Below, in pieces: positions 7,040-12,487 of a stretch of 12,487 nt of DNA. Source of the DNA: Gemmatimonadota bacterium (GTDB lineage: Bacteria; Gemmatimonadota; Gemmatimonadetes; Gemmatimonadales; GWC2-71-9); NCBI GenBank assembly GCA_036679645.1, contig JAZDCY010000094.1, forward strand, positions 1-12,487, read 5' to 3'. Numbering within the stretch: the first letter of the stretch is position 1; every line of letters begins with the position of its first letter. The notes beneath the pieces were generated by a model. That model was not told the origin of the DNA and searched no databases. It saw nothing but the letters and a program-made list of their open reading frames with translations. A program made the position numbers and the translations under genes.

Positions 7040-7990
7040 CTACTCCTGAGCCATTTGTGCGTCTGCGTCGCCGGTGTCTTCGGCTTCGTCGATGAGTCTC
7101 TGCGCTTCCGCCTCTGCGTCGGCCGCCACATTGTCCCTGACCTGGCCCGTCACTGCGGCGACGCCCTTCGCGTTGCGCTCCATGTCCGCCGCGTGCTCCT
7201 CTGCGTCGTCGGCGAGCGCGTCCGATGCGTCCGCCCGGTTACGCGCCACGACCGCCTCGTTGTGCGCGTTGTCCGCCGCCTCTTGTGCGCCCTCGCGCGA
7301 GACTGCGAGTATGTCGTGCGGGTCTTCGTCGGTCACTCCATCAAGCGGGATCACTGGCCCGGTGACGATCGCGTGCGCGAGGCTCGCCACTGTCTCCTCT
7401 TTGGAACCGGTCGGCGCGTCGATGACGAGGTGCAGCGCCTCCGTCGCGGCCCCGTCTAGGCCGTGCGTTCGCACGATCCTCTTTGCTACTGACTCGGCCG
7501 CCGCTTGTATCTCTGGCGGTGGCGCTGTCGCGCCCGGCGCGTCCTCGCCGCCGATGAGCGCGTCCGCCAAGAGTGACGCTGTGGTTCCCAGGATTGCGTC
7601 GGCCGTGTCCCCGGTTTCCGCGAGCACTTCCTGCGCCGTCGCTACGTCGCGTTCGTCGATCGTGCCCGCCGCCTGCATGTTGCGCAGGTGATCCAGCGCC
7701 GCGGCGCATGGTGCCAGATCCTCGAACGGCTCCAGCGCCACGATTGCCAGTTCCAACTCGGCCTCCGGCTGGCTCGCGCCGTCTTGAAAGAGCGCACCGC
7801 CCTCGGGCGTCGGCAGCAATTCCATCCCGAACGCCCGCGCCACGGCCGCCAGATCCGCCGGGACTGGCACGAGCGCCGCGCCGCCCACTGTTACCAGCGT
7901 CTTGTTGGTCTGCCCCTTGACGCGCTCCAGTGCGCTCACCTTGTCCGCGTCGATGATGATGTCGTCTCCGAATTGCACTGGCTTCTGCAT
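7040..7990 (-). CDS. Acidic, Ala-rich helical protein with small N-terminal beta domain (316 aa)
   Basis: AAAGGA RBS before ATG 7990 (MQKPVQFGDDIIIDADKVSALE); long D/E/A-rich C-terminal region; stop 3 nt before the next gene. Confidence 0.8.
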   Translation of the reverse strand: MQKPVQFGDDIIIDADKVSALERVKGQTNKTLVTVGGAALVPVPADLAAVARAFGMELLPTPEGGALFQDGASQPEAELELAIVALEPFEDLAPCAAALDHLRNMQAAGTIDERDVATAQEVLAETGDTADAILGTTASLLADALIGGEDAPGATAPPPEIQAAAESVAKRIVRTHGLDGAATEALHLVIDAPTGSKEETVASLAHAIVTGPVIPLDGVTDEDPHDILAVSREGAQEAADNAHNEAVVARNRADASDALADDAEEHAADMERNAKGVAAVTGQVRDNVAADAEAEAQRLIDEAEDTGDADAQMAQE

Positions 7991-8016
7991 GTGTGGTCCT
8001 TTGCCCGTTCGGGCGG

Positions 8017-8334
8017 TTATTTGTCGGGCGTGAGGTGTGGGTACACGGTAAACGTTTTGTCTTTGCCGTCGTCGTCGCGGTCGCATTTCCTGGCCCACCT
8101 GACTACAGCGCCGAGTTCTAGGACTGTGATGTGGTTCAGGACGACAGCGCCGCCCTGGAACATGACGAGCGCCGCGCCGTGCACGAATCCGCCCGCCCCG
8201 CCGAGCGCGTTGGGCGGCGCTGGCGGGTTGGTGATGGCCTTGATACAGTTCGGGTCCACGTAGAGTTCTTGGCCCTTGACGCTTATGAACAGGAGCCCCA
8301 ACTCATACTCTGCCTTGAAACTGCTACGCTCCAT
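8017..8334 (-). CDS. Hypothetical protein, small beta domain (FlbD/SwrD-like pattern) (105 aa)
   Basis: GGAGG RBS; GQELYVDPNCIKAIT...ALVMFQGGAVVL pattern. Confidence 0.7.
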   Translation of the reverse strand: MERSSFKAEYELGLLFISVKGQELYVDPNCIKAITNPPAPPNALGGAGGFVHGAALVMFQGGAVVLNHITVLELGAVVRWARKCDRDDDGKDKTFTVYPHLTPDK

Positions 8335-8620
8335 GTGCGGCCTCCGTCCCCATCTCGTTCCCTACTTCGTTGACGTCCACAGTGTGCTGTCCGCCGTCCG
8401 ATGTTACGCCCGACGTTGGGTGCGTCGCCCCGTACCACTTCGCCATGTCGTCGATGTACGCAACGCCTGCGGCCATGAGTTGCTTGTCTCGCCTCGATAG
8501 CCTGATTAGGTCGGGCCTCCCGGCGCGGTTGTTCAGCCACGGCCGTACGCGCGTCGCGATCGACTGCAATCCCTGGATCCTGAGTTCACTGATCTGCGGC
8601 CGTCGGTTTTCCATGCTCAT
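8324..8620 (-). CDS. Hypothetical protein, 'AxWYG' paralogue B (98 aa)
   Basis: GGAGGA RBS before ATG 8620 (ATGA overlap); similar to the adjacent upstream gene. Confidence 0.8.
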   Translation of the reverse strand: MSMENRRPQISELRIQGLQSIATRVRPWLNNRAGRPDLIRLSRRDKQLMAAGVAYIDDMAKWYGATHPTSGVTSDGGQHTVDVNEVGNEMGTEAAHGA

Positions 8621-8937
8621 GCGCCGTCCTCCTGCACCTCGACGCGGCGCAGTTCCGTCGCCCGTTCGTCCATGACGCCGTACCACTCCGCCAGACCGCC
8701 GATGTAGGTGAGCGCCTCCTGCATATTCCGGCGCTGGCGGTTGCTCATGTGTATGTCGAACGACATTCGGCTACTGCCGAAGCGTCGGCTATCCAGCGCC
8801 TGCGCCATTATCGTGCGAATCGCTAGGAGTCCGCTCAGCTTCCGTCCGTCGAGGGCCGGTATGTCGGGCATTATCAGCGCCCATTCCCTCTGCTCCGCTG
8901 TGACCGTCGCCGTCGTCCTCTTCTTCTTCTTCTTCAT
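8617..8937 (-). CDS. Hypothetical protein, 'AxWYG' paralogue A (106 aa; alternative start ATG 8871)
   Basis: GGAG RBS before ATG 8937 (MKKKKKRTT); homology to 8324..8620 supports coding despite overlap with the 3' end of 8789..10093. Confidence 0.75.
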   Translation of the reverse strand: MKKKKKRTTATVTAEQREWALIMPDIPALDGRKLSGLLAIRTIMAQALDSRRFGSSRMSFDIHMSNRQRRNMQEALTYIGGLAEWYGVMDERATELRRVEVQEDGA

Positions 8938-10093
8938 GTCCGGTCTCCGGTGATGTGGTGAATGTGCGCATTTCGGCCTCGATCTCCGCCACCCAGTCTG
9001 CGTACGGCCCGAGTGCGGGCGCTGCGCCGACCAGCAGCGCCGCCACGTCGCCGACTTCGCCATCCGCTAGCGACTTGACCAGCGCCTCGGCCGTCCGTGC
9101 GACCGCGCCGCCCTGGTGTCTTGCGTGCTCGAGCCTGTCGAATAGGACCGATGCGTACGCGCTCGCCTCGGCACCCGGCGACTGCGCACCGCGCAGTAGG
9201 TCCTCGACAATTGCCCGCAGCAATGTGCGCGCTTCCTCGGCCTCCTTGCGCTCCTGGTCGATCTGCGGCGCGGCCGTGGTGGGCGCTGGGTCTGCTGTCG
9301 CCGCGCCCAGCGCTTCGCGGTTGGCTTTCAGTTCCGCCACGACAGAGGGCAAAGTGCTCTGGATGAGATCGGCGAGCAACGAACCGCCCTCGCCTCCGGG
9401 CGCTACGTCCGACGCGAGGTCGCGCATGGTCCTGATCGCCTCGGACAGTTCGCCCATCCCCGACCGCTTGTCCATCATCGCAATCAGGTCGAGCGTGCTG
9501 GGTCGGTTGTCCATGACCATCTTGAGGATCCCGGTGGCGGCGGTGATGCACGTTGGGAGAATCGCCACAAACTGGTTTTGCGCCGCCGGTTCGCGTCGGG
9601 TGCGCAGTGCTTCCAAGATCTCCGCGTGTTGCTCGCGCATCTCTTGTAGTTCGGCGGCCGACACGACCGCGCCCGTACGTGCAGGGCCTCGCGCCGGTGT
9701 GCGTGGCGAGTCCAGCGGTTTGGCGACGGTGAATCGCAGAGTCTTGTTGACGCCGCCGCCGCCGCCGGTCACGATCAAGCGCCGAACATAGTCGCCCGCA
9801 TCGACGCCCTCTGCGTACTCGCCTTCGTCCCACTGGCGCATGTCCACGTTGCCGAGCGTCTGCTCTGCCCCGTTTACGATGCGGCGCACGCGGTAGAAAG
9901 CTGAGTACGGGCCTGGGCTTGCGCGGCGGAACCGGCGGACCAGGTCGATGGTCTCGTGTGTGCTGTGATCTTCCGGTACCTGGAACCCTTCGGCGAGCGC
10001 GTCCTCTGGCAAACGCTGCTCCTCGGGCGTCGTGTCGGCGTCGTCCAGGTCGGGGGTGGCTGCTTCTGCGCTGTTGTCGTCCGTTGCTGTCAT
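8789..10093 (-). CDS. Hypothetical 434-aa protein (acidic N-terminus, small beta domain, long helical region, acidic tail)
   Basis: GGGAG RBS and ATGA overlap at 10093 (MTATDDNSAE); the ORF-track extension to 10477 overlaps rep and reads as off-frame sequence. Confidence 0.85.
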   Translation of the reverse strand: MTATDDNSAEAATPDLDDADTTPEEQRLPEDALAEGFQVPEDHSTHETIDLVRRFRRASPGPYSAFYRVRRIVNGAEQTLGNVDMRQWDEGEYAEGVDAGDYVRRLIVTGGGGGVNKTLRFTVAKPLDSPRTPARGPARTGAVVSAAELQEMREQHAEILEALRTRREPAAQNQFVAILPTCITAATGILKMVMDNRPSTLDLIAMMDKRSGMGELSEAIRTMRDLASDVAPGGEGGSLLADLIQSTLPSVVAELKANREALGAATADPAPTTAAPQIDQERKEAEEARTLLRAIVEDLLRGAQSPGAEASAYASVLFDRLEHARHQGGAVARTAEALVKSLADGEVGDVAALLVGAAPALGPYADWVAEIEAEMRTFTTSPETGHEEEEEEDDGDGHSGAEGMGADNARHTGPRRTEAERTPSDSHDNGAGAG

Positions 10094-11172
10094 TCGTGCT
10101 TGCTCCCTGCGTGAGTTTTGGCGCTGGTTTCGGTGGCGTCGAGCACCGCTACGACCGCATTTCGGAAAATCGGGCCGATCGCAATCTGCCGCGCCGTGCG
10201 TTCGCCGGATTTCAGTTTGCGGATGGCGTTGTCCGCCGAGCGCCGGGCGAACCCGTCGAGCGTGCCCGTTACTTCGTCGAGCGCGGCGAGGATCTGCGCC
10301 TCGTTGAACCGATCGAACGTCTGCTCTAGGGTGACGCGCTCGGCCTCGACGCGCTGTGCTTCCTGTGTTGCGTGCGCCGCGTCGGCCTCCGCCTGGCGTT
10401 GCCGTTGCTCGCGCGCTTCGTCGCCGCGTTGCTTGAGGTCGGCGCGCCGTGTTTCGTCCGCCTGAACCTCCGCGCAAAACTCCGGGTCATCCACGAGTTT
10501 CCCGACGAATCCGCGCACGTTTTTCGGCTTGCGCTCGTCCGCTCGCTTCAGCGCAGCCATGACGACGGCCGCGCCGACGTGGTTGCGCGTCGCCTCTGCC
10601 CTCTGTTCCGAAAACCCTAACAGAATCAACGCGGCGGCGGCGGCTTTGGCATCGGCCTCGCTATCGCGGGCGCACGCGTGCGTACGTGCGTGCGTGCGTT
10701 GGCCGCCGCCGTATTCTGTATTCCCTGGTTTTGAGGGGAAAGTGCGCAAAGGCTTGCGCCTTTGCTTCGCGCCCAGATCGGTCAGTTTTGACCGATTACC
10801 GGGTTCCAGATCGGTCACAATTGACCGATCTAGGTCGTCTAATTCGGTCAGTTCTGACCGATCTAGCTCCGCCAGTTCTGCAATCTGTTGCGCAGGCATC
10901 CCCCGTTTTGCCACTGGGATAAAAAAAACATGCTCGGGTTGTATTAGGTATCCCTGCCCTTTTTTTCCCATTCGGTCGGATTTCACCAATCCGACGGTTT
11001 CGAGCCGCGCGATGGAGCGCTGCACGCTCGACGTGCTCACACCGAGCGACCGCGCGATAGCGCTGTGCTTGGCGGTTAGGTGTCGGTGCTCGCTGGCTGT
11101 CCACATAGCTAAAAACACTCGTAAATCGCGCCCATCGACGGCCTGGGAGAGGGCGTTTAGGAGTTCTCGCAT
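10090..11172 (-). CDS. Replication initiator with N-terminal winged HTH and internal iterons (lambda O / DnaD-type organisation; 360 aa)
   Basis: GGAGG 9 nt before ATG 11172; HSAIARSLGVSTSSVQRSIARLETVGLVK wHTH; repetitive linker (LDRSELTE/LDRSIVTD/GNRSKLTD) and RTHARTHACAR; C-terminal KPKNVRGFV helical domain. Confidence 0.8.
   Translation of the reverse strand: MRELLNALSQAVDGRDLRVFLAMWTASEHRHLTAKHSAIARSLGVSTSSVQRSIARLETVGLVKSDRMGKKGQGYLIQPEHVFFIPVAKRGMPAQQIAELAELDRSELTELDDLDRSIVTDLEPGNRSKLTDLGAKQRRKPLRTFPSKPGNTEYGGGQRTHARTHACARDSEADAKAAAAALILLGFSEQRAEATRNHVGAAVVMAALKRADERKPKNVRGFVGKLVDDPEFCAEVQADETRRADLKQRGDEAREQRQRQAEADAAHATQEAQRVEAERVTLEQTFDRFNEAQILAALDEVTGTLDGFARRSADNAIRKLKSGERTARQIAIGPIFRNAVVAVLDATETSAKTHAGSKHE
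10775..10864. repeat. Three 24-bp palindromic iterons at 33-bp period; putative replication origin
   Basis: agatcggtca-gttt-tgaccgatta (10775), agatcggtca-caat-tgaccgatct (10808), aattcggtca-gttc-tgaccgatct (10841); core TCGGTCA-N4-TGACCGA; flanked by A/T-richer sequence. Confidence 0.85.
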
Positions 11173-11250
11173 CCGGTGCGTCCTCCGTTTCGGGTCGGTC
11201 AATCGTACTTGCGTCGGCCGCCCGATCGTATGGCCATAAAAACAACGGTG

Positions 11251-11267
11251 CGTATTCTAGGAATACG
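11251..11267. promoter_or_regulatory. 17-bp palindromic operator candidate upstream of rep
   Basis: CGTATTC-TAG-GAATACG, AT-rich in a GC-rich genome; contains a TAGAAT -10-like hexamer on the minus strand, ~80 bp upstream of the rep ATG. Confidence 0.5.
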
Positions 11268-11388
11268 AGCCGTTCCTCGATGATTCTGGACCCGCTCAGG
11301 GCCGCTCAGAGCCCGTCTGCGGTGTTCGGTGTGCTCCGGCGGACTCTGAGGGGTGTTTTGGGGCCGCGCCCGGTAGGAGCGGACCCCC

Positions 11389-11682
11389 TCAGCGGGCGGG
11401 CTTGTCCGGCATCGCGTGCGCCGCCACTGTTCGGAAGTCTTTGAGCGCGCGCGTGGCCTTGGCGGTGGACTTGTAGCTCCACCAGCCCTCGTAGCCGTCG
11501 CGCTTCACGTAGCCCTTGCGCATCATGCGCGTCAGCGTTTTGCTCGTCGATCCGACTGCCATCGGAGCGCCCCATCGGCTGAGTGTGCTGCGCAAGTTCT
11601 CTGGGTGCAGGCTTCCCGCGCCTGTGAGGGCTGAGATGATGAGTGCTTCTCTGATGTTGAGCAGTGGGGGGACTTCGCGCAT
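11389..11682 (-). CDS. Winged-helix regulator, BlaI/MecI/CopY- or PadR-like (97 aa)
   Basis: AGGAG RBS before ATG 11682; LNIREALIISAL...GSTSKTLTRMMRKGYVKRDGYEGWWSYKST fits the wHTH pattern (LxxxExxIxxxL...TxLxRLxxKGxVxR...Y). Confidence 0.8.
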   Translation of the reverse strand: MREVPPLLNIREALIISALTGAGSLHPENLRSTLSRWGAPMAVGSTSKTLTRMMRKGYVKRDGYEGWWSYKSTAKATRALKDFRTVAAHAMPDKPAR

Positions 11683-11696
11683 GACCAGGCTCCTGG

Positions 11697-11867
11697 GACA
11701 AGTGTCTTTCCGTCGATCGCTGACGAGACAATTGTATCCCGGGTCTGGCTCACAAGACAAGTGTCCCGGTGATGATCTCGACGAGACACCCGTCCAGGTC
11801 GAGATCTCGGCCGGAGCGCTCGAGGTGACATATGTCCGCCGCCGCCGGCGTGAGCGGGACAAGTGTC
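11697..11867. promoter_or_regulatory. Array of six GACA-NN-TGTC palindromic boxes
   Basis: GACAAGTGTC 11697, GACAATTGTA 11727, GACAAGTGTC 11756, GACACCCGTC 11785, GACATATGTC 11827, GACAAGTGTC 11858; spacings 30, 29, 29, 42, 31; fills the intergenic region upstream of the wHTH gene. Confidence 0.85.
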
Positions 11868-11884
11868 GTCCTGGCCGGCGGCGC

Positions 11885-12277
11885 TCAGATTGGCAGATCG
11901 TCGGCCGGGAACAGTAACAGGTTGTCGGTCGGGTCGAGCCTCGCGATCTCGTCAACCTGCAACTCGTTGGCGCGGGCGTCGCTGGTGATGCACAGCGCCA
12001 CGAGCACGTCCTGGCGATCGTACTCCGTCCCGCCGCGCCTGCGTCCCTGCGCGTCCTGGTCGGGCGAGATCGCCCAACTGCGAAAGTGGCGAGTGAGCGT
12101 GTCGAACAGTCGGCCGGTGTGTGACTCGCCGATGTACAGAACCTCGCGCGTGCGGGCGTCGATGATTGCGTACGCGCCGCTGGCATGTTTGTGGCGCAGG
12201 TCGTCGAGTCGAGCGACGTACTGCCCGTCGCCGTGCGCTGGAGCGAACGCCGTGCGTAGGCCCAGGGCTTTAGGCAT
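11885..12277 (-). CDS. GIY-YIG superfamily nuclease-like protein with non-canonical catalytic positions (130 aa)
   Basis: SGAYAI...EVLYIGES, L..T L.RHF and ANELQVDEIARLDPTDN correspond to the GIY, YIG, R-helix and E...I...P..N motifs; ATG 12277 overlaps the upstream gene end. Confidence 0.8.
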   Translation of the reverse strand: MPKALGLRTAFAPAHGDGQYVARLDDLRHKHASGAYAIIDARTREVLYIGESHTGRLFDTLTRHFRSWAISPDQDAQGRRRGGTEYDRQDVLVALCITSDARANELQVDEIARLDPTDNLLLFPADDLPI

Positions 12278-12487
12278 TGAATGTGTAGTGCGCAAAGAGT
12301 CGTATTGCGTCGATGTTGACGGTCGTCTCGCTGAGGTCTGTGACCTGGTACCACGCCGCCAGCTTGACGCCGTCGGCGCGCAGTTCCGCGATGGTCATTG
12401 CCGTGCCCCAGAGGTCGGCGGCACCGCCGAACACGTAGCGGAGGATCTCGCCCTTGCCGGAGTCGGCCACAGACTTGGCAGCGCCGA
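12270..12487 (-). CDS. 3' part of junction-spanning putative spike / receptor-binding protein
   Basis: ...SVADSGKGEILRYVFGGAADLWGTAMTIAELRADGVKLAAWYQVTDLSETTVNIDAIRLFAHYTFNA*. The FGGxxDLWG...IDxIRL pattern resembles beta-sandwich domains of phage/surface proteins (recalled, not searched). Confidence 0.85.
   Translation of the reverse strand, partial: GAAKSVADSGKGEILRYVFGGAADLWGTAMTIAELRADGVKLAAWYQVTDLSETTVNIDAIRLFAHYTFNA
12374..12487. repeat. Terminal direct repeat, copy 2 (114 bp)
   Basis: Exact copy of 1-114; it lies inside a coding frame, as expected for an assembly overlap of a circular molecule. Confidence 0.98.

Larger units (their letters stand above)
1..12373. mobile_element. Complete circular genome of a putative small tailless virus / phage-plasmid
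   Basis: Circular; single-strand gene layout; replication initiator with iterons; two HTH regulators; block of membrane, basic and beta-rich structural-type genes; no host housekeeping genes. Confidence 0.8.

Noticed and set aside
10921..10928. A8 homopolymer in rep as a frameshift or phase-variation site
   Set aside because: The frame is intact (VFFI) and no alternative product is evident; it is more likely part of the AT-rich origin flank.
11195..11201. Iteron half-site TCGGTCA upstream of rep
   Set aside because: It is a single 7-mer that also occurs inside a CDS (~7329), so it cannot be distinguished from chance.
11697..11867. Possible mini-CRISPR array
   Set aside because: The repeats are only 10 bp with mostly ~20-bp gaps, and there are no cas genes; an operator array fits better.
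81..11917. Numerous plus-strand ORFs in the track (e.g. 2556..3395, 5501..6406, 8955..9791, 10529..11239)
   Set aside because: They are antisense shadows of minus-strand genes in GC-rich DNA, with Ser/Ala/Arg-biased composition and no recognisable motifs.
11683..12354. Long N-terminal extension of the 321-aa ORF (likewise extensions to 3547, 4506, 8098, 8686, 9063, 10477)
   Set aside because: The extensions overlap better-supported genes or regulatory DNA; internal starts have RBSs or stop/start coupling.

Overview
The window appears to be a complete circular element of 12,373 bp. Bases 1-114 are repeated exactly at 12374-12487, and a 219-aa ORF reads through the junction without interruption. 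It is GC-rich, and all ~21 credible genes lie on the minus strand, tightly packed, most with GGAG/AGGA Shine-Dalgarno sites. In transcription order it carries: a BlaI/CopY-like winged-helix regulator preceded by six GACA-NN-TGTC boxes; a winged-helix replication initiator containing three palindromic iterons; several unknown genes including tandem paralogue pairs; a transglutaminase-like Cys-His-Asp enzyme; an XRE HTH regulator; a possible lysis block (lipoprotein with C-terminal hydrophobic anchor, small membrane/coiled-coil protein); three small membrane proteins with acidic [LM]G leaders; a very Arg/Lys-rich membrane-anchored protein; three or four beta-rich, probably jelly-roll proteins (two resemble paralogous single-jelly-roll capsid proteins); and a GIY-YIG-like protein with altered catalytic positions. 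I found no packaging ATPase, terminase, portal, tail, polymerase, integrase or clear endolysin. Best interpretation (inference, no searches run): a small tailless, probably internal-membrane bacterial virus that replicates as a plasmid-like circle, condenses its genome with a histone-like protein, and may mature by proteolysis.
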